Under the pieces are notes generated by a model. The model was not told the DNA's origin. It saw nothing but the letters and a program-made list of their open reading frames with translations, and did not search any database. The position numbers and the translations under genes were made by a program. From Squalus acanthias (Eukaryota), in NCBI GenBank assembly GCA_030390025.1, contig CM059448.1, forward strand, positions 14,880,001-14,944,000: 64,000 nt of DNA, given 5' to 3'. Positions within the stretch are counted from its first letter, which is position 1; each line of letters begins with the position of its first letter. Of this stretch, positions 10,926 through 24,314 are shown in pieces.

Positions 10926-13900
10926 TGAAGTGTCCAGAGGGGAATCTGACAGTTATTATAAGTAGATGATAACACAAGCTTCCAAGTGCTCAAACCCAGT
11001 GATGCCCCCACTTAGGAACACTGAGGTAGTGCATAAATGGACAAGCTTAAACATGAACAAACTGAAGCACAGGCATCTGATGAACATCAATCTGATATCA
11101 CATCTCTTGCAATCACATGTGTATTGCAAACAACAGTTGTCTAGATTCTGAGTGACCAGATTGACATTTGGTCCTTCAATAGCTCCAGTGTTTCACAATG
11201 CGGCAGAATGCAAGTCTCTCTATGCAACATCTCTGATTTTTAAATGGTAGATACGGTAATTACATTCCAGTGAAATACTAGCTAAGAAATCAAATGCTAA
11301 GCAGAAAACTAAAAACTTACAATCCTGTAGATATTGCTAAAAAAAAAATCAATCTTCATTATCCTGTAAAATAAAACTAAATATATTGCTCGAAGGTATC
11401 AAGTCTTTTTTCCTGCTTGGTATTTCCTCATTTGTACTATTACACCATCATTACAACAGTACTAAATAAGTCAAATGACTAGAATTAGAATTTCCTAATC
11501 TAACGTGCTTGTTTGATAGTGCTGCAGCCCTGTTGATTAAAGTGTGTATAAATACAGGCTGTTTGTATTAGTATCATCTTTCCTGTTATACAATAGTGAC
11601 TATTTTGAGATATGAAATGATATTTAGTGATGGGGACAAGTGAATTCAAATACTCAGCAGGGAAAAAAATGTTCAGTGGTTTGTAACCTAATATTTTGAA
11701 CACAAGTTTTCCTGTGATGGTCCAACATACTGTAGTTAAAATTCTTCTCTAATGAAAGATGGCTTGTGAGGGTTATATACACAGATAAAAACACCTCTTA
11801 ACAAACCAAAATATAATCTTTTGGACTACCCTTATGTAGCTAGAAAACCTAACCCAGAGTTCAGAGAAGAAATGGAAGCAGAAAAAGTGCAACATAAGAA
11901 ATCGCAATGAGGCAAGATAGCTCAGCAAGCTGGTTCATTATCTTGATCCATGTATAGGAACAGTTAAGATAATTTTTTCTCCCGCCTATATTTACATCAA
12001 GCTTGTCCCCCCGAAATAGAAAACTGAATTCTTGAGTCCAGACCTGTGTCACTTCCCTCTCTCTGCTCTACCACTTCACAGACTTCTGCCATCATGAATT
12101 CTTTTTCCAAACCCCTTTACCTTGTTCCATCTCTCCCACCTTTCAAAAAATACCTCAAAACTTAGCACTTGAACTGCATTTTCAGTCACCTCCCTAACCA
12201 TCTTCTACCACCTGCTTCGTGTCTATAATCCCTTCCCACTTAGGCTTTTTGTGAAGCATGTTGGGACGCTTCACATTAAAGGCACCAAATAAATGCGCTA
12301 GTTGTTGAATTTTATTAATATTCCAAACAAACCCATTGCACCCATGTGGTAGTCTTCTGCAAATAAATTTTCCAAGTGAGAAACAGTTAATCTCAGTTCA
12401 ATTTAAACTTGAGGTTTTCTCAGCCTATAATCAAGTCCCCAAACTTTTCTTTTCTCCAGCACAAATAACATTCTTTTCCCTATATTCTTTTTTTCTTTCT
12501 TCAGTGAGAGCAGATGTAATTTCCTTAGACCATGGGTGTTCAAACTACCACCTGTGGGCCAAAGTTTCGCAACTCTAAACTATATAGCCCAGATAATTCA
12601 ATTCTATTTTCACTTATTTCTTATTCACTGATTTATCCTGTTTGAATTTCATGGGGATGGAGGCTTGGAAAAGGCTAATCTTAGCAATGATGCTTTATTG
12701 GTAGGTAAATCAGAATATTCTTAGTAACTGCAGCTTGGGATACATGCACATTAATGGGAGCATTGATTTAAACTTCATACGAGACCGGAGAGACACTGTG
12801 GTATATATCCAAGTGGTCCATGAAAATAAAAAGCCCGGACTCTTCCGCCTTTGGCTTCTTTTATCCATTAGAAACTCAGCGGCATCGCTATTGGTCGTCT
12901 TCAAACCCTTCCCAAATCCTGTCTTCCCAAATATAGGGGTATATTTTCCTCAATTTGATAACAATGGTGAAAAAGTTGATGCGAGTATAAAAGAGTGCTT
13001 CTCCACATAATACTTGTACTGACCCTTCAGTAGCAATGAATAGAAGAAATTATACCCAGTGACCAAAGCTGAACTTAACACTCCATGTATGTTCTCATTA
13101 ACATTTCATATGTTCTAAGTATTACCTCCTTATAATTATAGCCTACGGATCTATTTTGTATAACTAACACCCTAATTGTTTTGGCAGTTCATATGTGACA
13201 GCTTTTTGCACTTCAGATTACTGATATAACTTCATTCTGTAATTGTTTTGTTATTTTTTAGTATATCTATTACCTTATATTATTCAAGAACAAGGTGTCA
13301 GAATGCTGCTGTAGTCTACAGGGATAACTGGTGTTACAGTACAACTAGGCCAACAAAAATGTCATTTACTGTTTTGGAAAAACAAGCAGAATTTTTAGCT
13401 ATTAACACAGGAGGTGATCTGCAAAATACTAATGGAGGAGCTTACAAATATGGTATTTTTATGGTTTCTCTATTAATAAAGGAGCTATAAATAATGCTCA
13501 CTCACAATCCACACATACTCTCGAAATGCAATAACTCACATTTCTACAATAATTTACCACGGTTAAGATATGAAACCATATCTAACCCAAGAAAGATTTA
13601 CTGTTTACTCTCTGGATAATGCAGATCTTCAGGCCAGAAGTTAACTACTTGTCGTGTAGACAGAAGCCAGTCTTTTAATAAGATACTAAGGAATGACTTA
13701 GTCTGGGCACACTGTGAGCAACTGTTAAGATAGCACTAAAAATCAGGGTTTCAAGTCTGAAATTTGATTGCTTGCGGTGATATTTAGTTATTAGCTTTTC
13801 CAATTCAAGCAAAATAAACAGTCATCCATTTTGTCAACTTGACCTTTTGGTTGGGATATTAAATCAATAGAACCTAAATGTTAGAAGACGACGTGAGAAG

Positions 13901-16446
13901 CCACCCCGAGATGGGCAACCAATTCTCCCTTTGTTAATTGATGGAAATACTCTTGACATTTCTTGGACTGGCTAGAGCTTCATGTGAAGATTGGGTATAT
14001 AAAATGGAATGCTATACTATATCATTTTTGATAACTTATGAAATGAGCATTTTATAACTAACAAAAAGGAGTGCATAAACTTCCAAGCATTGAAGTTACT
14101 TAATTTAGTTTTTAAATCTGCAGGCATTGCCTATTCTTTGGACTCAAAAATATAAATTTTCTGTAAACTCAAGACACCACATTACAAAGTAGAATTAAAG
14201 AAAAAAACCAGGACTGTGAAACAGTTCCTCCTATATGTTATTCCTCAAAGCTTTCATCGGGTTAATGAAGGAAAATTTAGATTAACATTTACCATTTAAT
14301 AATTAAACTTCCTCATTTTTCTCACCCAAAATCTTATTTTAGCACTGGTCTATGCAAAAGACTAAAATGTTGATAGTAAGAAGTTAATTAAATCAAGATA
14401 TTTACAGATAGTTTAACAACTATTCTTGACTTTACAAATGTAGCACAAGTTTTGACAGATTATTGGCTTAGAAGCAATCTGAATTCATTTGCACAGTGCT
14501 GAATTTATCTAAAGATACATTAGGATGAAAACCTGTATGAACTCTATTAGAATGTATTCTGGGACTAGAATCCCACAGTCCATAGTACAGGTCAGTGGCA
14601 CACACGAGCTAATCAGGAGGCACAGTGAAGCCAGTTTAATGCGAGTGGATCACTATTCCTGGATCCAAATAAATGCTGCAAAGTCTACAATGTCTTCAGT
14701 CATATGAAAGTCTTAACTAACAAATCTCAGCCATTACAAAAATTGCTCTTCAAACGCGAGCCACTACAAAAGCACCTTGTCTGTCTTTAGGGGCAGTGAG
14801 ACAGTTTGAAAATGGCACATTAGTTTTATCACTAGGCTTACTTAGTATATTGATATGAAACACATAATAGCAAAGAGGTTGTGGTGGGGACAGGGGGGGG
14901 TGGTGAAACAAAAAGTAAACACACTTAAGCGAATACATTTTGTGCAACACGGTTACTCCAACCTGTCACACTGCTCCCATCATTTACAAACAAGTGACAG
15001 AATGGAATACTGATGGTGACATGTCTATCTCAAGCTACTCTCTCCAGGAACAACCTAAGTTTGTAAGAGCAGAATCTGTAACTTCACTGCTGGGTGCTAT
15101 TCTCAGTTCAAGTGGACATAGTATGAAAATACCACAGTCACCATTAAACCATTTCACAATATCATAACAGGTCAGCATAGGTCTTGATCCAAATTCCTGC
15201 TAGAAACAAAATCTCAAAATGGATCACATTTAATGTTTAAGCAGATTAATTAAAACTAGGAGCTTTACACACAAAAAAGATTTTGAGGCACTGTAGATTA
15301 AATAATTACATTAGCGGATCTCCAGTGGCAATGCTCACGTTGACTTAGTGGATATGAAAGAGGTTTTGAGAAAGATATGAAGTGGATAGTGGTAAAGTGT
15401 TTGTTTGGCTCAAATCTTCCAGAAACCAATTAGGAAGTGTAGAGTGCTCAAGTATTTTTGGATCGGGCTCAAATTCTGAACCAATCCATATAAGCAGATC
15501 GTGGTTGTGCGTTTTTTGAAAAAAAAATAAGCACTGGAAAACTTGAGACATCAGAAAAGTGACAGATAATTTTTTTGTGTTAATTGCTACAAGACTTTTA
15601 ATATATTGTTATGGTGGATTGGGGGAGAGGAGAACGAAGAGAATGGGTCCAGGGAGCAAACTAATTCTAATCAACCAAGTCCAAACTTGCTCCACCTCAT
15701 TGGTTTAACCTGTTCCTCCTGGAAGACCTTACTCCAGCTTCATGTTTCACTACACAAAAAGAGATCTTTACATTTAAAATATAAAATGGTTAATTATGCC
15801 ATATTCAGGTCAGTAACAGAAACCTTGTCTGTTTTAATCATAAAGACCTTCTGTAGCAGACCACAAACCACACCACTGATTCATCTTTTTACAACATAAT
15901 ATTTGAGACAAGAAAAAGCAAAAATACAAGAACACGTTGAGTACTGCAGGGCACAATGAGAATGGAGGCTGAAGTTCATGGAACTTGCCCCCATTTGTGG
16001 TTTGCTCTGAAGGAATTTAATCATTGCAATCTTGGGTTTCTATTTTGGGATAGGTCACCCAAAGGAAACCAACTCACAGAATGGGAGACCCTGATTCAAA
16101 TCACAATTCGGTTTGACATTTCCACACTCAGACAGCGAGTTGTCTGGGTGAGGACCGTGCAGACACAAGGTGCCCAGCTGACTAAGAGAGGGAAAATTGG
16201 CAGTGGCTCTACCTTGGGTTGCACTGCAGCACCTGGCTCTAGAGCACCATCAGTGGAAGTCGTGGAGATGTACATGGCTGCCCTGCCTGCCGTTCTATCA
16301 GACCCAATCCAGTGTGTGTGTGCCGGGAGGTAAATAGAGGAGAGAAAATGTGAATCAAGAAAGTAAAGAAAAACAAGACATAGCACACATCTGATATTAT
16401 AAATGAAAGCTAACTGAAAAAGCATTATCCAAGATGATGCACCCAC

Positions 16447-16647
16447 CTAGCTAACAAGATACCCTGGTACTCTTCCAGTTGTCTCATGAAGCTGATATTG
16501 GGTTTTGTAACTGTCCGTTTCTCCTTCACATAACTGTAAGCTTTATCCAAATTCCAGCCATATTCTTTCATTGCATATGCAATTACTGTGGACGCAGACC
16601 TGCTGATGCCCATCTTACAGTGAACAAGACACTTGGAACCATTTTTT
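16447..16647 (-). CDS. SSH2: SSH2 exon 13 equivalent with catalytic motif HCKMGISRS
   Basis: 201 nt, ttcag/gtgggt; intact HCx5R loop and TKPNISFMRQLEEYQGIL. Confidence 0.97.
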
Positions 16648-16842
16648 CTGAAGGAAAAAGAAATATGCATTTAGAATCAAACTATTCTAAAGCTATGGCG
16701 GTAGTTTGAGATTGATGCTTGGAAACATATTTATAGATAGACAGGCAGATTTTTAATTTGGTATATTACTTTTCATTGTATGATTGACTCTATAGTCATT
16801 CATATCTGAAGCTTATTTTGAAATATCTTGGAAGTTTGGAAT

Positions 16843-17008
16843 ATAGAAACTTAGAACATAGAAGATAGGAGCAGGAGTAGGCCATTCGGCCCCTCGAGCC
16901 TGCTCCGCCATTCGATGAGATCATGGCTGATCATCCAAACTCAGTACCCTGTACCTGCCTTCTCCCCATATCCCTTGATACTTTAGCTTTAAGAAATATA
17001 TCTAACTC
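16843..17008 (-). mobile_element. CR1/HER1 LINE 3' tail
   Basis: Reverse complement of the tail at 640-780 (gagcaggagtaggccattcggcccctcgagcctgctc). Confidence 0.85.
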
Positions 17009-17260
17009 ATTTTTTTTTCCCTCACAAACTTCATTTTCATCATTCTTCAGTTCTGCTTATACAGTAGGATACTTCTTCATTGGTGCTTTAAATACAAGGC
17101 AACAGAGGCACATCAGCAGCATATTACATTAAACATAAAAAAAAAATACACTTTAAGGCGTAACTATTCCCTCATACCATTGGTATGTGTTTGCAAAATG
17201 TACAAAAATAGAGTTCTATTCTCCTTTATTTAGTTCCTGCAGAATTAGGCCGCGGTCGGC

Positions 17261-17704
17261 TCATTCGCCGGCCTTGGCAGGGAAACGCCGCACCGCCCGC
17301 ACTTCGCATCCTTGTGTTTCATGGTCAGTTCGTACTGAGGGGTCATATCAATGTCCTGCCCTGGCTTTTTCTCAAATCGCAGCTGCTGCAGAAGCGTGGT
17401 GAAAAACAAGACGACTTCCGTGCGGCCAATGCATCTCCTTTTGCCCATGCCAAACAGCTGCACCTTCTCGCACTCCACTTTGTTGATGCTTTTTCCGTCG
17501 GGGTTCAGGAATCGGTCTGGGCGGAAAACAAATGGGTCTTTCCAGAGTGTCGTGTCATGATTCACTTGCCACTGGTTCAAAGACGCACGTGTTTTTAGGG
17601 ATAAAATATCCATTCAATGCAGTGTCTTTTGTTGTGCAGTGAGGAATGGTGAATGGTAGAAAGGACGAGTGACGGAAGGTCTCCATGATGAAAGCTTCTG
17701 TGTA
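17261..17704 (-). pseudogene. CYP1A: Processed, 5'-truncated cytochrome P450 1A fragment inside an SSH2 intron
   Basis: [42 protein letters not shown] / [44 protein letters not shown]; no introns; two frameshifts. Confidence 0.9.
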
Positions 17705-18185
17705 TTTTTATTTTGTACAGACTTCCAGATAACTATAAGCAAGTTTGATAAAGGTGCCACAATTTGTTCCCGACAGTTATAATTAGTACAACAGTCTGGC
17801 TAAATGTAAACCTTAATTTATTATACATAAAATAATTGCAATGCATTAGGAATTTGAGTCTGTTATATGAAACTGATTTGCATACATCTTTAAAATTCTA
17901 ATTTATCTCAAAAAATTGGATTTCAGAATACAAGTTACACTCAGCTAGACTTGAAAAATATTTTGAAATTACTTGCTGCTAACACTGGAAACTTCACTTT
18001 CACAATGTTTAGTTCCATTTCCAAATAATAAGCTTTTAAACTGCATCTCTGAATGGCATCTCCAGTTCTCAGTTTCCACTGAGAAACACCCTGAATTGAT
18101 TTTAAGATACTACAGCCCATCAAAGTTTTGCGCCAAATATTTCAAACCAGGATCTTAAGGAACAAAATACGGTTTTAAAACAACG

Positions 18186-19734
18186 CAGCCAATTCGATTC
18201 ACTCCACGTGATATCAAGAAACGGCAGAGCGCACTAGATACAGCAAAGGCTATGGGCCCCAACAACATCCGGTTGTCGTGCTGGAGACTTGTGCTCCAGA
18301 ACTAGCCATGCCTCTAGCCAAGCTGTTCTAGTACAGCTACAACACTGGCATCTATCCGACAATGTGGAAAACTGCCCAGGTAGGTCCTGTCCACAAAAAG
18401 CAGGACAAATCCAATCCGGCCAATTACCACTCCATTAGTCTACTCTCGATCATTAGCAAAGTGATGGAAGTTGTAATCGACAGTGCGATCACGTGGCACT
18501 TACTCACCAATAACCTGCTCACTGATGCCCAGTTTGAGTTCCGTCAAGACCACTCTGCTCCCGACCTCATTACAGCCTTGGTCCAAACATGGATAAAGGA
18601 GCTGAATTCCAGAGGTGAGGGGAGAGTGACTGCCTTTGACATCAAGGCAGCATTTGACCAAGTGTGGCATCAAGGAGCCCTAGTAAAACTGAAGTCCATG
18701 GGAATCGGGGGACAAACTCTCCACTGGCTGGAGTCATACCTAGCACAAAGGAAGATGGTTGTGGTGATTGAAGGTCAATCATCACAGCCCCAGGACATCG
18801 CTGCAGGAGTTCCTCAGGGCAGTGTCCCAGGCCCAACCATCTTCAGCTGCTTCATCAATGACCTTCCCTCAAACATAAGGTCAGAAATGGGGATGTTCAC
18901 TGATGACTGCACAGTGTTCAGTGCCATTCATAACTCCTCAGATAATGAAGCAGTCCATGCCTGCATGCAACAAGACCTGGACGACATTCAGGCTTGGGCT
19001 GATAAATGGCAGGTAACATTCACGCCACACAAGTGCCAAGCAATGACTATCTCCAACAAGCGAGAGTCTAACCACCACCCCTCGACATTCAATGGCATTA
19101 ACATCGCCGAATCCCCTACCAACATCCTGGGGGTCACCATTGACAAGAAACTTAACTGGACCAGCCACATAAATACTGTGGCAACAAGAGCAGGTCAGAG
19201 GCTAGGTATTCTGCAGAGAGTGCCTCACCTCCTGACTCCCCAAAGCCTTTCCACCATCTACAAGGCACAAGTAAGGAGTGTGATGGAATACTCTCCACTT
19301 GCCTGGATGAGTGCAGCTCCAACAACACTCAAGAAGCTTGACACCATCCAGGTCAAAGCAGCCCGCTTGATTGGCACCCCATTAAACATTCACTCCCTCC
19401 ACCACCGGCGTACCGTGGCTGCAGTGTGTAACATCTACAAGATGCACTGCAGCAACTCGCCAAGGCTTCTTTGGCAGCACCTCCCAAACCCACGACCTCT
19501 TCCACCTAGAAGGACAAGGGCATGGGAATACCACCACCTCCAAGTCACACACCATCGTCACTGGGTCAAAATCCTGAAGCTCCCTACCTAACAGCACTGT
19601 GGGAGTACCTTCACCACACGAACTGCAGCGGTTCAAGAAGGCGACTCACCACCTCCTTCTCAAGGGCAATTAGGGATGGGCAATAAATGCTGGCCTTGCC
19701 AGCGACGCCCACATCCCATAAACGAATAAAAAAA
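18186..19734 (+). mobile_element. 5'-truncated LINE (CR1/L2 group) with a long reverse transcriptase ORF
   Basis: ORF 18362-19591: NPANYHSISLLS, FDIKAAFDQVWH, GVPQGSV, FTDD; 3'UTR ending aataaa...aaaaaaa. Confidence 0.92.
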
Positions 19735-21418
19735 TGTATTAGGTTAGAAAGAAGAGTTTGAGCATTGGAAAAACCTTTCCTTTCTGCTAATAATGCACTT
19801 TCCTATGCTGTTTGTATAAAATTTGAGATATACATGTACACCATCTATATGGATTCATTTAGATATTCAATGCTAGAAGATTGTATTTGATCTGTACAGA
19901 GTATTATTTTTCCAGATTAGGTACTACTTCCAGTGTTTGCGTTCATGGCAGAGCATCAAATGATAAAATAATTTTCCTGCATTACAAAGTTTTTCACTAG
20001 AAACCCATTATTTGGGAACCAGCCCAATTGATTGTAGCAAAGTGCAGCATATTGAGGTTCCATTAGATTCTACACTTTCTATAACAACTTTATAATTTAA
20101 CATAGATTGTGAGGAATGAAGAGACATAATTTCTCAATTCTACATCAAGCCACACCCAGTTCTTCCAGTTCTAGTGTATGTGGGCAATGCCTGCTTACAC
20201 TTCAAAGCCACTCAGCATCCAACATTATGATTATGTTTACAGCAACTATGTTTTTGGCATCTTTGTGAACGTAAATACGCAACTTATTAATTTTCCGAAT
20301 ACAATAATGAAACTTTTTTGTCCTATAACTGTATTCACTGAGTCATCAGGACCAATATTGGTTCATATTTATTATTCAGCTATTCTATCGCTTTAAAGTG
20401 ATCACTTATTCAGAATCAAGGATCAGTAACAACCATCAAAACTTTAAATGACATGAAATGCTGCACATTACACCCCAGGATTATTGTTAAGTGGTACATC
20501 ACTTGAAGGGCTATGTGTTTATAGGATTAAATTCAGCACAAGACTCACCTGTTAGTATGATACCTTCAGAACGTAATGCATTAGCAACCGGTTGCGAGTC
20601 TGGGAACTCCTAAAAATGCACTTTATAAGTGAGGTAGCACTACTGTGGTAAGTGTCATTGTAAGGGTTGGAGATAACTGTAAATTTATCTCCGGAGTCCA
20701 AATTTAAAAAATAGCAACACATTTTGGAATCCCTATTTCAAAACTGCAGCAATAAATATCTACTCTTGACTTTGTACCTATTTTACTTCCAAACTTTCAT
20801 TATCTTAAACATATAGCAACTATAATCAGAATTCCAACTGATCACATTTGCAGTACAAAATGTTTCCTCAATTTATTTGGGCCATCACATCTTCTGGCAC
20901 AGACTCGATGGCTGCCTTCTGTGCTGTACTATTTTATGACTCTGCACTACCAATATTTGAATTAGAAAGCTGACTTTCGTGTTAACACAAAAAGTGTTAT
21001 TTCGATGGGGCTAGTTTAAAAAAGATTTCAGTTGGTAACTACCCAACATCTCAAAGCTCTTTTCAAGCTGGTTTGAAACAAAATGACTTGAAACCAGACT
21101 GACTGACCATCTAATGTGCATTTTGATTGTGCAATAAAAATAATAGGATATGTAATGTGATACAAGATTAATAAATTACAGCTAAATTTATTGCAATTAT
21201 GTGGGGAGCAAAAGGCAGAGAAATCAGAACTAGAAAAGTTGTGTATGATCCCGACCATGCTGTAAATTGGGGTCAGATTGGAAGGAGTAGGGCATAAAGA
21301 TAGGCCATCATTTTCCACCAGACAATGCATATATACTGTATAGATTTTTAAATTTAAAACAAATACAATATTGATAAGAACCACCCAACACCAGAGACAT
21401 GTCCATTTAATTTCGTAC

Positions 21419-21565
21419 TTTGCTTTAGAGATGAATTTATACGTATCATTCCAATACGCAAGCAGATCTGTAGCCTCCTCATCATACACCCTGATATTAT
21501 GGTACTCAAATAGTCCTGGGAAGAAGTTATCAATTTCACGGGTGATGTTCAAGATGTACCGGATC
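21419..21565 (-). CDS. SSH2: SSH2 exon 12 equivalent: IRYILNITREIDNFFPGLFEYHNIRVYDEEATDLLAYWNDTYKFISKAK
   Basis: 147 nt, tttag/gtacga; contains the general-acid Asp (VYD). Confidence 0.95.
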
Positions 21566-22178
21566 CTAAATAGAAATATGAAGAAATTACCATGTTAGGA
21601 TTGGTTATTGCCATACAGAAAGTCTTTAAATTAAATATAACTTCCACTGCCAGGTACACAGGATGAAGTTTAAAAAAAAAAGGTAACTTTTTTGAGAATG
21701 TGAAGTTAAATATATTTTTCACATGTTTTGCATCTTGTAAAAGAGGTTTCTTTTAGATGGTTATAGTACAATGCAGTACCAAAACAAACATGACCGGCCT
21801 GCAGGGGGCGATAGCACCATTGTGATAATCTACAGGATGAATTAATGTGAAAGTTATTGACTAAAAAAACTGTTTGCAAAAGAAAACTGGATACAACCAA
21901 ACTGCCAGTGAAAAGCTTTATAGGGAGGTGTAGTCAACAAACGTGTGCTTATGTTATATTTAGCACATAATTAAACTTGCACCAGATGAGAAAGGATGAT
22001 TATTAACTGATCAATGGTGGCAAAATGTATTTCAATATTGACATTTGAGAACCCTGTTAAAATGGAAAATGCAGAGAATACACAGACTTGTAGCATTGAG
22101 TTTCCAACACACTATCGATCGGAGTGACTGGATACAAGTGCCCACCCATACTTTCCCACATGGTTGAGTTTCTGGCCC

Positions 22179-23050
22179 CATCGGAGACAATGCCATCAGA
22201 TGAAGCGTCAAGAAAGAACAATGTGTTTCCTCACAGGGAGGACAAAAGAAAGCAACAGAAATGAACAACAGAGGTTGTTCTTGCATACATCCTGGTAGTC
22301 AGCTCAATGGAAACATCTTCTTGCCCTCCCTTTCAATTGGGCAATAGAGCTAATTATATTCCATCTAATATTTACGCAATAAAACGGTTTTCAACATGAT
22401 AATTTTTCCACTTACAGATCACAATCATTAAATGCTTTCTAACACGTATAGCAACTGGGTAAAAAAAGGCTACCAATAAATGCCCCAAGCGCTAAAATAC
22501 ACAGGGAAACATGAATCAACAACACTACGGCTCTTTTAATTGACAAAAATAGGTTGTCGCTAGTGATTAAATAGAAAAGTGGCCGCAAGCATGTTTAAAA
22601 TATGCTGCTTAGTTCTTAAAGTCAATATGCTGTCTTGAGAGGAGTTAGATCCTACAGGTGTAACAAAAAGAACTGAATTATAGAAGAAAGAAGTTGTTGC
22701 TGGGAGAATAGGGATGGAAGGAACATTTCCAATAGAAAACACTCCCCTATTAAACTGCTACAATAAAAAAGTAGCTGGTAAGAAGCATTTCTATTTTTAA
22801 TCTTTTCTCTCTCCTCAGAAACCTCCTATTTCAGGTTTCTGCTCAGAGCTATAGCCCTGTCAGCAAAACAGCAAATTAGCTCTATTGCCCAATTGAAAGG
22901 GAGGGCAAGAAGATGTTTCCATTGAGCTGACGACCAGGATGTATGCAAGAACAACCTCTGTTGTTCATTTCTGTTGCTTTCTTTTGTCCTCCCTGTGAGG
23001 AAACACATTGTTCTTACTTGACGCTTCATCTGATGGCGTCGTCTCCGATG
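22179..23050. repeat. 177-bp inverted repeat (22179-22355 / 22874-23050) with a 518-bp spacer
   Basis: Arms are reverse-complementary with 4 mismatches counted by eye. Confidence 0.93.
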
Positions 23051-23592
23051 AGTGGTAAAGAGCTACAAACTATCCTGTAAATCAGACCCCACACAAGTTC
23101 TGGATTTTGACTTGGAGGCATTTGAGCTGGGAAATTTCATACAAGCCTGCAAGTGCAGAGGGCCAAGGGAAAGGAAGTAAAAAATACAAGGGCCTCAAAT
23201 TGATTTTCCCTCAGAATACCTATTACTGGATATAGTTGTTTTATTTCCTGAAATATTTGGTAAGCAAATTCTGAAATGTTCAAGTTTAATTGGGAATCAA
23301 ATTAAGTGGTTTTCATATGTAGAACATTGACCAAAAATGAGATTGGGGGAAAAAAAACTGTATAATTCAAGAATTTGTTTTTATGTCAAATCAACATTTG
23401 ACAATTTGGGCTGGTCTTACAAAAACTTGATAAACACATTTTTAAATGATCATATACAAGAGAAGATTACAACTGAGGGGCATGCAGTACTTTAACAGAC
23501 TAAACCTTTTGCCCTTCATGCAGTGCTGGTCGACAGTTACGTTTGTTGGTTTGGCCAAACATATGAGCATGTTTCATCACAGAGGCCCTTAC

Positions 23593-23639
23593 CCTCGGTT
23601 CTGTAAATCTTCTAAATTGGATGCATTCCACTCCGAGCC
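23593..23639 (-). CDS. SSH2: SSH2 exon 11 equivalent: GSEWNASNLEDLQNRG
   Basis: 47 nt, tttcag/gtaagg; dual-specificity phosphatase domain. Confidence 0.95.
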
Positions 23640-23999
23640 CTGAAAACAGAGACAAAATGGCTGAGATTCAGGTCTAACAGAATAATCCAAACAGATTGTA
23701 CTGATATTGAGCACAGAAACGAAGTAGCTCAAGTGCAGATGCAAGCAAGTCCCCCCCCACCCCCACCTATAATCATATTTGAGCAAAAGGGAAGTTAAGC
23801 TTCCAGCAAACTTGTACCCAGTCAAATTCTTGAATGATTCGATTAGCATATTAAAAGTTCTGTAGCAGTATTACTCTGTTACAACCATCTTACTTTTCCA
23901 GTTTTCTAAAAAAAACTCCAAATAATTGAATTAATGACCATGGCTAATATTACAGGGTAGTACTGGCATGAAGATGATACCAAGCGGGATAATACAATA

Positions 24000-24314
24000 G
24001 TTTCACAGAATCCCCACAGTGCAGATAGAGGCCATTACGGCCCATCGAGCCTGCACCGACACATATCCCACCCTATCCCCGTAACCCCACGTATTTAATC
24101 CCCCCTAACACCAAGGGTCAATTTATCATAGCCAAATCAACCTAACCCGCACATCTTTGGACTGTGGGAGGAAACCGGAGCACCCGGAGGAAACCCACGC
24201 AGACACGGGGAGAATGTGTAAACTCCACACAGACAGTCACCCGAGGCCGGATTCGAACCCAGGTCCCTGGCGCTGTGAGGCAACAGTGCTAACCACTATG
24301 CCACCGTGTTGCCA
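24000..24314 (-). mobile_element. HE1/V-SINE-type SINE with CR1-like tail
   Basis: V-domain signature (gtgggaggaaaccggagcacccggaggaaacccacgcagacacggggaga), tRNA B-box (ggattcgaaccc on plus strand) and CR1-type tail. Confidence 0.85.

Noticed and set aside
21028-21418. Long extension of ORF 21028-21552
   Set aside because: Read-through past the donor at 21418; no protein similarity recognised
22925-22960. CTGACGA in the inverted-repeat arm as another hammerhead
   Set aside because: No stem II or GAAA at the required spacing
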